A stretch of DNA of 63,362 bases, counting the filler, from Asterionella formosa (taxonomy: Eukaryota): assembly GCA_002256025.1 (NCBI GenBank). It is 25 parts of 25 records of this genome, joined end to end, with 100 filler letters (N's around TTAATTAATTAA, not from the genome) between each part and the next. Parts side by side here need not be neighbours in the genome. Positions count along the whole stretch, not along the records: positions 40,808 to 58,540 come from NKIB01004299.1; positions 58,641 to 59,744 come from NKIB01004300.1; positions 59,845 to 60,954 come from NKIB01004301.1; 22 more parts are not named here. One strand, given 5' to 3'. Shown here one piece after another: positions 48,521-60,853 of the stretch. Within the stretch, counting starts at the first letter, position 1. Each line of letters opens with the position of its first letter. The translations under genes were made by a program, and so were the position numbers. The notes under the pieces were generated by a model. The model was not told the DNA's origin and ran no database searches. It saw nothing but the letters and a program-made list of their open reading frames with translations.

Positions 48521-48821
48521 CAACAGTGTCCGAAAATGCACAAACCAAGATCAGTCAGGCAAATTCGTGACTTTTTGCACAATTAGAATTTTCTAGTTGC
48601 ATAAAGTACTCGAATGTCTGTGTGCATGTCTACCGGTATACCGTATACTTCATTGTCCTGGACCCCCCAATGTACGCTGCCGTGACTGAATTTGACTGAT
48701 TTTACTTAAGGGGGGTCCAGAACAATGAAGAATTTTCCTAAGTTAATTTTATTAGTTCTACAGGATGGCGCACATTTTTCAAATATTTATTAATATGATC
48801 ACTGTTTCCGAAAAGTGAAAA

Positions 48822-50021
48822 ATGAGAAAGTTCTTCACCTTGCAAGAAAAGCACGACATTGTGGATGAAGCATGGGAACTCCCTGGCATCATCAAGGCTG
48901 TTGCACGCAAGTATGGCATTGGCGCCAGCAATATTCGGCGCTGGAAAGTTAACTTTCATGATTTTGACAATCGTTATTCTGATGTAGAAGGTTTATTGTC
49001 GGATGAGTGGCGTCTCCTTCTGAAAAAACAAACTTTTCATTTAGGCAAGTCACATAGCAATAGTAGTGCAACTGAATTTGCGGCGATTCGTCTCTTGTAT
49101 GATCAGCTTCGTGGTAATGATCACGCTTGTTCGATCATGTTGCTTGCTGCTGAGCTGAAGCGTTTGTCAGTACATGTTGTTAGCTTGAGTGTTATTCAAC
49201 AGCATGTAGCTCATTGGTGCACATCCCAAAACATCATGTATCGTCGTATCACCCACAAGGCACAAAACACGCGCTATGTACTGAGTGTCATGCAGGAAAA
49301 TATCCAGTACATAAACGCACAGTTTCTTGAAGGTTCATAGCTATCATCATGCTAGTATCGTAAATATAGATGAGACAAACATTTATTTCGATATGGCAGG
49401 CGGGCTCACGCTAGCTGATAAAGATGCGAAAGCCATCAGTTTATGCACCAATGGCAGCAGCATGCGTTGCACAGTGTTGTTGGGTGTTACTATGTCTGGA
49501 TAGAAGCGTGCTCATCTTGTTGTTTTCAAAGAAGTACCTGATGCCAGGATCCAGCAAGAATTTAAAAATCAACAGTTTGCTTATCCACCACAGATGGTTT
49601 ATTGTTGTCATGCAAAGGCGTGGTGGGTTGATGAGTCGGTGTTTGCGCTTTGGATTCGGAAAGTCTGGAAACCATGGACAATCAGCCATAATTCTCAGCC
49701 AAGCTACCTCCTGATGGAAGAGTTCCAGGTGCATTTTATGGCGACGAGCCTCAATGCAATTAAGGATTGTGGCACTGCTGTGGACTTCATTTGTGGTGGC
49801 TACACACATCAAAACTTCAAGTTTTGGACGTTGGAGTAAACAATCCCTTTAAGGGTTTTGTTACTAGGAATGCCTATGAGGACTGGATGGTCGCCCATCC
49901 TCATGGTACAAAGGTGAAGCGGCAGGATGTCGCTCAGTGGGTTTGGACAGCTTGGCTGAGGGTGTCACAATCAACAATTTTGAACACTTGGAATGCGGTT
50001 GGTTACATTGCAAGCGATTGA
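48822..50021 (+). pseudogene. Pogo-family DDE transposase, disrupted
   Basis: N-terminal HTH (FTLQEK…VARKYGIGASNIRRW), NIDETNIYFDM, WVDE, LMEEFQVH and GGYT/SKLQVLDVGVNNPFK. Stops at ~49338 and ~49501 plus a frameshift. Confidence 0.9.
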
Positions 50022-50332
50022 TGACTCTATTTTATTCAAAAAGTGGAGCATGTGACTAGAAATATAACTTTATAGTCTGTTTAAGCATGCTCTATTGTTA
50101 TATTATTGATTTGTAGAAGCAATTCCATAGCACTAATGTTAAAAAGCTTAAGTCGTAATATACGATTTGATTTTTCGTGTTGAAGCTAGTAGAACTACAG
50201 TTGACGTGAATCAGTATCATAAATGCTAAAGGAAATGACTCTAGAGTCTATTTACTGTTCTCAAATATTATAATAAATAGTATAGAATGCATTTCTATAT
50301 CGTTATTAAGACGAGGACTGCTACAATCGAAT

Positions 50333-50744
50333 CTACTCCTGGCCTTGAAGATCCTCCATCAAGCGGAGTGAAGCCATTTGGGCATTCCTCTTGCTCTTCT
50401 TTCTCATCATAGAATTTTCATTTGTCATCATACAGTTCTAGCACCTGCGCAAACTTGTCGATGTACTTGCTCCGTTGTGAAGGCAATGCTGCAACTTCTC
50501 TGCCCAGAAACCCAACAGGGCAAAGTTCCGTGCCATCCTTGATGAGGACAGCCTTGATTGTCTCCAATGGCTTGCCCAATACATCCTCTACAACAGCCAG
50601 CTTGAACCTGATCACATCATCAGCCATAACCGCTTTCTTGCAGCATTCATGTTGCTCACATGAGCGCCCATTGCTGGAAGCATTCAGTCCAAGCAACTCC
50701 CCATCTCGGCGGCTGTTGATTGTTGCTGATCTTGTTGTTGACAT
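50333..50744 (-). pseudogene. Accessory ORF inside the pogo element (Cys/His-rich, HIRAN-like), one frameshift near 50420
   Basis: GRSCEQHECC…TIKAVLIKDGTELCPVGFLGREVA…FAQVLELYDD continues, after a 1-nt shift, as ENSMMRKKSKRNAQMASLRLMEDLQGQE-stop. Confidence 0.65.
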
Positions 50745-51227
50745 GATTACTAATATGTAGTATGCATTGGTGCGTAGTACCGATATTACCGGTAGTTTAT
50801 AATGGTAGCGTCATTCAATTTCCGCAACAAAAATCAGAATCATAGCACGTTACTTTGTCTATGTCTAGAAAACTATTGGGTGTTTGGTACCACCTCGAAA
50901 AAAATGTACACCAGGGGGGTCCAGGACAATGAAGTAAACGGTATTAAATTGCAAAATGACCAAATCAAGATTCCAACAAAGAAATATGAACCATGACAAT
51001 TAGTGTGTACATGAAACTCAGTACAAATATTTTTGGTCATTTCTTGCATTTTCAGCTGTTGTGCTGTTTCCGAGATTTCATTTTTTCTAAGTTTTTCTCA
51101 TCCATTTGTACAGTAGATAAAAAACAATATCTATAATCAGTTATCAAGCGAGCCACTGCTGTTTTAATGGTGCCTCCCCTCTGGCTATATCTTCAAAACT
51201 GAGCAAACGAGGACCAAAAACAACTTC

Positions 51228-51655
51228 TAGCAGCAGTTTCAACTTTTTGTTGTCCATATTACATCAAAAAGTTTATCATTGAACGATTACCTTAACTATG
51301 CTAGTCTACATATACGTCGTGTGAAATAGTAATTGTTCATTGTAAATTTTAGTGGAGATATTCAGTCCAATAATTTCGTCATGGTCAAGATGGAGTTGCC
51401 TTGCTGTCTCATCGTCCCTCCACTACAGCAGCACAAACTAGTAGCAGCAATTTCAACTTTTTGTTGTCCATATTACATCAAAAAATTTATCATTGAACGA
51501 TTACCTCGACTATGTTAGTTTACATATACGCCGTGCGAAATAGGAATTGTTCATTGTAAATTTTAGTGGAGATATTCAGTCCAATTATTTCGTCATGCAT
51601 GGTCAAGATGGAGTTGCCTTGCTGTCTCATCATCCCTCCACCACAGCAGTACAAA
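51228..51655. repeat. ~213-bp tandem duplication
   Basis: GCAGCA-TTTCAACTTTTT…GTGGAGATATTCAGTCCAAT…GGTCAAGATGGAGTTGCC present twice. Related segments at ~35610-35700 and ~44020-44105. Confidence 0.85.
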
Positions 51656-51914
51656 ATTACTTCTACATACTGATAGTGCCGAATTAGTATTCATGCCAAG
51701 CATGTATAATATGCTGCTGCTATATGGAATGTATTTAGTGTGTAGTCATATAGCTACTAGATAAAGTGACGACCTGTCTGTGTCTAGGACTAAAGGTAGC
51801 GTTATGTACATGGCTGACACAGAAGGGAATATATCCAACCTGTAATACTAACTGTTGTTGTACCAGCAGTTGTAATTCACATTTAACCCTGTAAGTATCA
51901 TATCATTACCAATT

Positions 51915-52161
51915 GGCAATTAGCTGGTTAGTAGCACACTTCATGAGGTGGTGGGTGCTGGAGAATGTAGGATCGGATCCTACATTCTCCAGCACCTGTC
52001 TTTCTTTTATGTAGTTGTCCCTAGTAGGGTTCCGGGGGTTGAGGCTGACAAAGAGACAGAAGGTCCTGGTGTACCATATGGACGAATAAATACAGTACTG
52101 ATTGTTTCCATTCAAGTGGGCACGAGTGCAAATATTGGATAGCTTTAATGTACTATAAAAA
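51915..52161 (+). mobile_element. tRNA-Ala-derived SINE-like element, copy 2
   Basis: GGCAATTAGCT…GTAGGATCGGATCCTACATTCTCCA head, the same body as copy 1, and an end of GCTTTAATGTACTATAAAAA. Confidence 0.65.
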
Positions 52162-53789
52162 TTTAGTGACCTTTTTTCTGATGATACTTTAGGATGTCGC
52201 AAGGCTGTCAAGAAGGTTTGGCCAACCGCTGAATTTACATGCGGATTGTGCTCTTCTTATCATGCCTGGAATGAATGGTTAAAATGGCATAGAGGAAAGT
52301 TCAAGAAGTATGCATGATAAGAACAAGACGAGAATAGGTGAGGAGACTCTGAGGCGTATAAGAGAAGTCACTCCTAGATACTTCTGATTCCGCGATTTGA
52401 TGATTTTTAAGTGGATCGCTCAACAGATATAAGTAAAAGTAAGTTGCAACTGCATGGTTGAAAAATTGAGGTCCCAAAATTCCTACAAGAATTGAATTGA
52501 ACGACCCGAATTTAACTCGAGGTGGTTTGCCTGCACACAGCAATAATTCAGAGGGCATCAATCGTGTTGACAAATCATTCCTTGACCAACCACCACAAGA
52601 AGCCTTTAATGGCAAAATTTATTCATAACATGTCATACATGTTAGAGAATAGTTTCAAAGGGGAAGATTAACCAGTATGTTTATAAAAGTTAGTAAGACC
52701 ACTACCAGTATTTCAAATGATCCTAACTATTACCGGGAGTAGGGAATCTTGTATGGTACTTGAAATCCAGAACGAAGGATATGCGGTCTTTCACTTTAGC
52801 CAGAATAAACTAATCTTGGAGACTTAGTAAGGAAATTCGATGCATTCCTGAAAGTTTCTTACGCATTTCCTTACGTTTCCTGAAAGTCATAGTCATATGC
52901 TGTGTGTTCTCGTTTTTTAATTAGAAGAATTCTGCTATTTATTCCGCTGAATCGTGCTATGAAGAGAAGACGTTTTTACTATGATAAAATATGTCTCTGA
53001 ATGGTAAAACATTGTCTGTTTTGGGAAAATTACCGCAACTTGCAGTAGTCTGCATGATTTATCATTGTATGATGACATAGCGATGTTTTTTGTACTATGA
53101 TGTCAGCCAATGTCGATGTCACTAAATCAGGTACATTATTATCATCCGAATTGCTGATAATTTCGACAGTAGTAGTACAAAAAAATGATTTATATTTTTC
53201 GACTTCCCTTTTAGTAAAAAAAGATTCATTCAAAAATCACTTAGTTAGGAAAATTATCTATCATTGATAGAAACGATTATTGATTTGCTACATGCAGTCG
53301 TGTTTGAGTCGTCTCCAGTCGTTCTCCTTCTTCATGATTAATTTGCCATCAACAAGCGAATTTGCAAGTTCTAGTCCCTGTTGGCATGTGATGGGCTGGC
53401 GCATTTTGGCCAGTTGTCCTCCTTTCATCTCAACAATGTATGATTCAAACTCCATCATTGGTGAGCTGTTATTCTGTTAAGTTCTCCTCCTGTCATATTT
53501 TCATGTTGCGCTTTGATCTGCTTTTGATTTTTTCTCAATTTAATTTCGTCTCAGGAGGAATCATAGCAAGCCTCATCGACAGACAAGTGGTAACAATGCT
53601 TGATTTTTGTGGCCGGCAACATTGAGGCAAATTTGGTTGCTCCCTTTGGCCTTCCAGCCAGCACCCCCAACAGCAGAACTATTAGCTTCAGTACTGCTAA
53701 TTAGAACTGGCTGTACTTGTAGTAACTGAACCGTCTGTGAATAGATTTTCCATTAGATCTAACGTTTTATTCAGCATACGTTAAAAAAC

Positions 53790-54150
53790 TGATTGATCAT
53801 TCAAATATTTTGACATGTTGATGATAATTTTGATATATCAACGGCCATATCTGTATGATCAATCAAATTCGTACGTTAGGTTACTAGCATCCACTTGTTA
53901 GGTTATGCGTATATAAGAACTCGTATATATTAGTTACCAAATCTAATCGGTAAACCAAAATTGTTGATATATTGATCAAATGTTGTATTATGATGATGAT
54001 AATTTTGATATATCAATGACAGTGTCGGTGTGGTCAATCAAATTTGTTTGTCAGATTACTTTCTTACACACGTCAGGTTACGCATAGATAGAAGTCATAT
54101 TTATTAGTTATCAAATTTGATATGCTAACCAAATGCTCTGATATATTGAT
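53790..54150. repeat. Diverged ~180-bp tandem duplication
   Basis: TGATGATAATTTTGATATATCAA…TCAATCAAATT…AGGTTA-GC-TA…AACCAAA present twice. Confidence 0.7.
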
Positions 54151-56334
54151 ACGTTGTTTGATTGATCAATAGCTGTTGTTCTTTGATCAGTTATTGTTTT
54201 AGCGAAGGTTATGACTTAACACAGATCACCTTACGTGTATGTAAACCTTGTACCCAACGATGCTATCAGAATGAATTCTGTGCAACAACGGTGCGTTCCT
54301 TGTTGCCATTCCGATTTGAATGCTCTACCGGTACATGCTTTGATCCAATTCTTGTACCGGTAGTATTCGTCATTATCTCTCCATTCGCATAGTATCAGTA
54401 ATCGAATTTCTTACAAGCCATGTGCGTTTGTTGAACAATCCCGTATGAGCTACCTTCTTCCGGGTACGACGATGATCTCACCAGTCTTATAACGAATGAT
54501 ATGGTCTCGATATTGATGGGGAATTATGCTGGCGAAATCTGATTGTTTGTTTGTTACTCAAAATCAAAAGCTTTGAAAAATTTATACGACTGAATTGGAG
54601 AACGATGCATTGAAGGCCACACCCGATTCCAATTCCAACCGAAATCAAGAAGATAGTAACTTTTGATCATAATTCGCCCATTGCAAACATCGATCCGTAT
54701 TTCTGTTCTTCAAGATGAGATGTGGACCAGATGGCGGCGCAGTTTGTTGCTCATGTCCTTAATCATGGGTCGTCCATTCTCATTGACTAGCTATTGGCGA
54801 GCACCTTTGTATGCTGCAGAATTAGAGCCGCAACATCACTAATCAGGAAGTAGTAGCATCACATGAACCTTGAATAGCAGGAGGTTCGAAATAACAATTG
54901 TAACTTTGCTTAAAAAACATTGTACTATCCCATTGTTTTAAGAAATCTCTAGATTGGCAACATCAGAGGCACTATATAGGACAGCCTAACCCATTGCCAC
55001 AAATATACTTTCCACAAAGTGACCGCTATTTTTATATAGCTTGTTATATATACATCGTGTACTAGCTTGTCCCAGCACACATATGTTCTCGCCACTCCAA
55101 AGAAGTGTAAAGTATTTATGAGGGTACCAGAACCATTATTCAATCAATAGCTGATTCCAATGTTGTACAGCAACAATGGTTGTCGAAAGAGGAACATGCT
55201 TCTGTGCACCATTACGGCCGCATTTGAGAAGCATCGCCTAAATTGGGAAACGTTTTTTCCTGACAAGTCGATGAAATTCGTCATACCTGTCATTCTAAAT
55301 AAAGATCACCGACGTCGTGTATTCTCTGTTTATGCATTGACACAGGCGAGTGAAAACGAAAAGTTGATGCCAGTTCATCTTCTCCCAATACCATTCCAAG
55401 AAGTAAAGATCGTGTTGCTTGCATGCCCATGGTAGATCTTGTTTCTACTTCCTCAGAGCATCTAATTGAATCTATCGAATCTGATAGACTTGGTATAAAA
55501 TCTCCCCCTTCCAAAGCAAAAGCAAAATGCAAAATTAAAGGCAACTCCAGACATGGTTGCTAATCCGGAAGAAGCAGTCCATCATGCCTTGTCACCAAAG
55601 AGTTCAAAAATTGTAGGAGTGATTGGAAAGTAAAGAAAGGACAGGTCAAGGAGGGAAGTGATTTGTCCCATTTATCCAGTAAGGAGTTGGAAATATTGAA
55701 ACAGGACATGGTCGCCAGTCTGGATGCAGTACATGGGTGCATTTGGTGGCATATTGTTGTCTTTCTGATGTAGTCTAAAATTTCGAGGAAAGTGCTGAGT
55801 TTTCCATGAAATCATCGCTGGTCCTATATGATTCCGAAATTTCCTTGAAGTTTCAAATGATGTTTTGTTAAACAAGCCAGACTCTAGGACCACATAGAAT
55901 TTGTTGAGAACAAAGTCCAGGACACTGTCATCTAGTCTCTTCTCCTTGCCTTTGTCATCATGATCAAAGTATCTAACCAGTAAGAGTTGTTCCTTAATCT
56001 TCCGTTGTCTCTTGAACAGACATGAAATACGCCATAGAAACACGTTTTTCCTGATTGAAAAATCTGCGATCGGTATCCCCTTACAACCAAGATCGTTCCA
56101 TTCCTTGTAGCACTCGGAACATTTGCCATTCCAGATAACAAGTGATATATGGCACTATCGATAGCGTGCAAATGTCAAGTTGTCAAGTTGTCAAGAAAAA
56201 TGTGACTGTAACATAACAAGGAAGCAGAAAGGGATAATGGTCTGTCAACTATAGGATTATACAGCGGGCAAGTTCTGGATCGGAAGCAATGCAGCACCGA
56301 CATACTCAGTAATAGACATTAGATTGGTAGCGCA

Positions 56335-56842
56335 AAGCTACAGTTTCATAGTACCAGCTTAGTAATAGGTACGGTTTCACTGCAGCCATATCAAGTTCCG
56401 GCCGGGTATTGAGACAAGGGGAAGAAGGGAATGCTGGTAGGGCAAACGTACAGTTTCACAGTACCAGCGTAGTAATACGTACAGTTTCACTGTAGCCACA
56501 TCATGTTCCGACAGGGTATTGAGACAAGGGAAAGAAGGGAATGCTGGTAGGGCAAACCTACAGTTTAACAGTACCAGCGTAGTATTAGCTAGGTACAGTT
56601 TCACAGTAGCCACGTCATGTTCCGACCTGGTATTGAGACAAGGGGAAGAAGGGAATGCTGGTAGGGAAAACCTACAGACTCACAGTACCAGCGTAGTATT
56701 AGCTAGGTACAGTTTCACAGTAGCCTCGTCATGTTCCGACCAGGTATTGAGACAAGGGGAAGAAGGGAATGCTAGTAGGGCAAACCTACAGTTTCACAGT
56801 ACCATCGTAGCTAGTATTAGCTAGGTACAGTTTCACAGTACC
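56335..56842. repeat. Tandem repeat, 110-114-bp unit, ~4.5 copies
   Basis: GTATTGAGACAAGGG at 56406, 56516, 56630 and 56744. Confidence 0.92.
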
Positions 56843-58640
56843 GGGTATTCGAATTCCTGTTAAGTCTTGTATATTTTATCTAATCATTCATCCTGGTAGG
56901 GTATTAAATGTTCCTTCGAAAAGTTACTAGACATACAGAGATGTATGTTATACACATTTCTGAAGAAGAGGAAATTTTGAGATATTGTTAAAAAATTCAT
57001 GCCGGTAGTAATGCATTCTATTCCACATAACAAACTGATGAGGGAATGGTGATAGAGAGCCTTCTACCAGTATCAAACCAACCGGTGAGAAGAGGTAAGT
57101 TATATGATTGTTTTGCTTCTCAACTGTGGCTACCAAGGGGCTTATGATCAGTACCATGTGAGACCGGAAGCAAACTATAAAATTATATCGCTGTTCGTTT
57201 GTGCTGCTACCACTCACAGTTTCTACACTTCCTCAGAACGAAAGATAAAAATCAACCTAATTACGAGGTAAGAAACCGCACTTAATATCTTTGTGCACAA
57301 TGCTGCAGAGAGTTTGTTGTGTCTGTGTACAATAATTTGGATTTCGACATAAATAACATCTTTCCCTTCCATATATGCAGATGTGAGCGAGGGTGCGTTA
57401 ACAACGCTACCTGTCACCCATCAATCAACAGTGAGAGCATAGGTAAATTACTCTACTTTCATTTGATGCTCGTTATGTCGATTGGAATGTGAAGTTACTA
57501 TATAGATTGTTTATGTCATCAGTTCATGGCACATGTGTGGCTGGAGATGCTTTAATTGTTGCAACACTTTTGCTAACATTGATATTATCTCCTCAAAATC
57601 ATACAGGAACCTTGGAGAATGTGGCTTGCTACCATTCTTAATGGAAGCAACAACCAACCATGAGAGCACAAATAAGTTATATGCACATTGCCTGCTCATA
57701 CGGAAATTCGAGTGATGGATTTTTGATGTGATTGTTTTGTTGCACTTATCTTCGTTCAGATGCCTTGCTTACTTGATGCAACAGTTTTGCTAACATTGTT
57801 GTTATTATCTCTTACAGGAAAGTCGTACAAGAACATTGGAGAATGTGACTTGCTGCCATTCGCAATGGTAGAGGTTCAAATAAAGCATCATCAATTTCAT
57901 TTACTCTCTCATTTCATTTTGAAAAGGCAATGATCTAAACATAGCTACCGGAAGTGAAAATTAAGGTATTGAAGACCACTGTGTGCTCATTCTGATAGAG
58001 GATGCGCACAGTGGAAAGTATGGGTGACCAGAAGTAGAATATTTGAGTATTGAATAGTAATCTATTTAATTCGATTAGTGTTCATCATTGATCGAACATG
58101 ATAATAGGCTTGATCAATGAGAGAAATAAGTTAGATCATATTACCGTTATTCTGGTTGTCATGCTAAAATTGGCAATTGGCAATTTTATTGCCGAAAAAT
58201 TCGATGTGCCCCATATTGCCCATAAATAGAAATCACTAAAGAAATTACTTGTAGCATAAAAATTACTTAGATGTATCTGAATGGCAAGACGATAGCTGGA
58301 GCCGGAATTGCTGAAGGCAATACACTCCCGAGGTGGTCTCTTGCCTGCGAGTATACATGTGTACTTGACTGGGATGGCACTCGTAGGGTGACCTTCTCGC
58401 ACCGCCCTATACGAGAAGGCAAGTAGCCGCCGAGAAGGGCATTGTTGAGGCAATTCCCGCTCTAGCTATCGTCGCGTCATTCGCTTACCTACTGCCCACA
58501 AATTTAGCATAAATGTCAATTTTAGCCTACTATTGCCCATNNNNNNNNNNNNNNNNNNNNNNNNNNNNNNNNNNNNNNNNNNNNTTAATTAATTAANNNN
58601 NNNNNNNNNNNNNNNNNNNNNNNNNNNNNNNNNNNNNNNN

Positions 58641-59726
58641 CTTTGACGATGCATTCGATGACGTTGCCTGTTTTTTTTTGCATACAAAATTGTCGATATG
58701 GTATTGTAGACCAAGTTTGGTGGAAATGACTTTGAGACAATGAGGGCATGTCCGATCTTCTTCTGCTTCGCGCCTTCTGGATGTCTTTTTATGCGTTTTC
58801 TGTATTGCTTGAGTTTCGACGTCATCACTTGTGCTGTCGTCATTTGAATCCTCATCGATTTGGTCGGCATCATTTGAATCTTCATCATCAGTATTTTCAA
58901 CAGCAGCCACATTGTTGGAGTTCGTCTGCCTTCGTTTGGGTAATTTTTCGGCTGTTCCCCCGTCCTTGGTCGTTTTTTTGCCTGATTTTTTCCCTGGACT
59001 GTTCCCATTTTTCTGATTTTTTCTGCATACAAAATTGTCGATATGGTATTGTAGACCAAGTTTGGTGGAAATGACTTTGAGACAATGAGGGCATGTCCGA
59101 TCTTCTTCTGCTCCGCGCCTTCTGGATGTCTTTTTATGCGTTTTCTGTATTGCTTGAGTTTCGACGTCATCACTTGTGCTGTCGTCATTTGAATCCTCAT
59201 CGATTTGGTCGGCATCATTTGAATCTTCATCATCAGTATTTTCAACAGCAGCCACATTGTTGGAGTTCGTCTGCCTTCGTTTGGGTAATTTTTCGGCTGT
59301 TCCCCCGTTCTTGGTCGTTTTTTTGCCTGATTTTTTCCCTGGACTGTTCCCATTATTCTGATTTTTTCTGCATACAAAATTGTCGATATGGTATTGTAGA
59401 CCAAGTTTGGTGGAAATGACTTTGAGACAATGAAGGCATGTCCGATCTTCTTCTGCTCCGCGCCTTCTGGATGTCTTTTTATGCGTTTTCTGTCTTGCTT
59501 GAGTTTCGTCGTCATCACTTGTGCTGTCGTCATTTGAATCATCATCGATTTGGTATGAATCATTTGAATCTTCATCATCAGTATTTTCAACAGCAGCCAT
59601 ATTGTTGGAGTTCGTCCGCCTTCGTTTGGGTAATTTTTCGGCTGTTCCCCCGTTCTTGGTCGTTTTTTTGCCTGATTTTTTCTCTGGACTGTTCCCATTT
59701 TTCTGATTTTTTCTGCATACAAAATT
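58641..59726 (-). CDS. Protein with near-identical 115-aa tandem repeats, each with a C2HC zinc finger, partial
   Basis: 345-bp period. Each unit has CPHCLKVISTKLGLQYHIDNFVC (C-x2-C-x12-H-x5-C) plus basic and acidic tracts. Confidence 0.75.
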
Positions 59727-59845
59727 TTCCATTTTATATTGATCNNNNNNNNNNNNNNNNNNNNNNNNNNNNNNNNNNNNNNNNNNNNTTAATTAATTAA
59801 NNNNNNNNNNNNNNNNNNNNNNNNNNNNNNNNNNNNNNNNNNNNG

Positions 59846-60649
59846 GCGCGCAACACGCTAACGGTCGAAGAGATTAAGACAGACATCCGGGACTACTACG
59901 ATCTATATGTCCGGGATGACGTCAAAACGACTAACAAGAACAAGAGTGAACAGGCCTTCTACACGAAAGGGGGGAAGTTCAAAGGTGACTGTCGTAAGTG
60001 TGGCAAGTATGGCCACAGGGCGGCTGAATGTCGCAGCAAGGGCAATGGTGCTGACAAGAAGGAGCTCACTCCTGAGCAGAAAGAAAAGAGGAAAACGATC
60101 AAGTGTTTCAAGTGCCAACGCATGGGACACTACGCAAGTGAGTACACTAGTAACAGTGCATCTAAGAATAATAGAAACGAAGAGAACAACACGACTACAT
60201 CTACCCAGCAGCAAGGAATGTTCGTCGACACGTGCGTCGAAATTAGTTACAACGAGGAAGTCAACCTCGCTCGTGACGTCAGAAATCGCTGGTTGTTAGA
60301 CAGCGGTGCTACTGTTCACATCTGCACGGACGTGCGCATGATGGAAGACAAGAAACAAGTGAGTGAAACGGTCGTGGTAGGGAATGGAACTGAGATAGTA
60401 TCAACTGTCTCTGGTACCGTGACCCTGACGACTACTACGGACGAAGGAAAATGCTTGAAACTCACCGATGTGCTTTATGCACCGGAGTTCAAGCAGAACA
60501 TCATCAGTGTCTCTAGAATGATCGACAAGGGTAATCAAGTGATCTTCGAGGACGATAGGATGACGATACGAAACAAGAGCGGTTTTCTAACCTGCAAAAG
60601 AGATAAAACTCGAAAGCTCGGAGCAATGTATCATGTCGAAGGTAATCCG
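59846..60649 (+). mobile_element. Ty1/copia gag (two zinc knuckles) and protease, interrupted by an LTR
   Basis: CRKCGKYGHRAAEC, CFKCQRMGHYASEY (last Cys lost), WLLDSGATVHIC and LTDVLYAPEFKQNIISV in a single open frame. Confidence 0.93.
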
Positions 60650-60853
60650 TGTCAGAATGTGTCTGTTAGGCTGTTGATGTCGACAGGTGTCCGAAGACTA
60701 GGTAGTCTGAGGAATGTCTAAACGGAAATAGACAGGATTTATATAGCAGAAGAATCTGCAGACGAGCGGCGTGAGAAAGATCTTGACCGGTCATTCCAGG
60801 GCAGTACTGGAGCGCGCTAGAGTAGCGCCATATATTTCAACATGGTAGCGGGC
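60650..60853 (+). mobile_element. 193-bp LTR (60650-60842) followed by a primer-binding site
   Basis: TGT…ACA termini, a second copy at 36960, and TGGTAGCGGGC immediately after the LTR. Confidence 0.85.

Larger units (their letters stand above)
48641..50941 (+). mobile_element. Full-length pogo/Tc2-like DNA transposon (2301 bp)
   Basis: 28-bp TIRs CCGT(A/T)TACTTCATTGTCCTGGACCCCCC (27/28 match), TA on both flanks, and an internal inverted TIR copy at 48710-48730. Confidence 0.92.

Noticed and set aside
47936..48586. 216-aa plus-strand ORF
   Set aside because: No recognisable motif; the opposite strand carries the transposase-like remnant.
54400..56180. Fragmented ORFs on both strands
   Set aside because: Possibly decayed coding DNA, but no family could be recognised.
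58589..59722. Second long frame as a true overlapping gene
   Set aside because: Only one 345-bp unit is independent, and the product has no recognisable domain; chance openness is sufficient.
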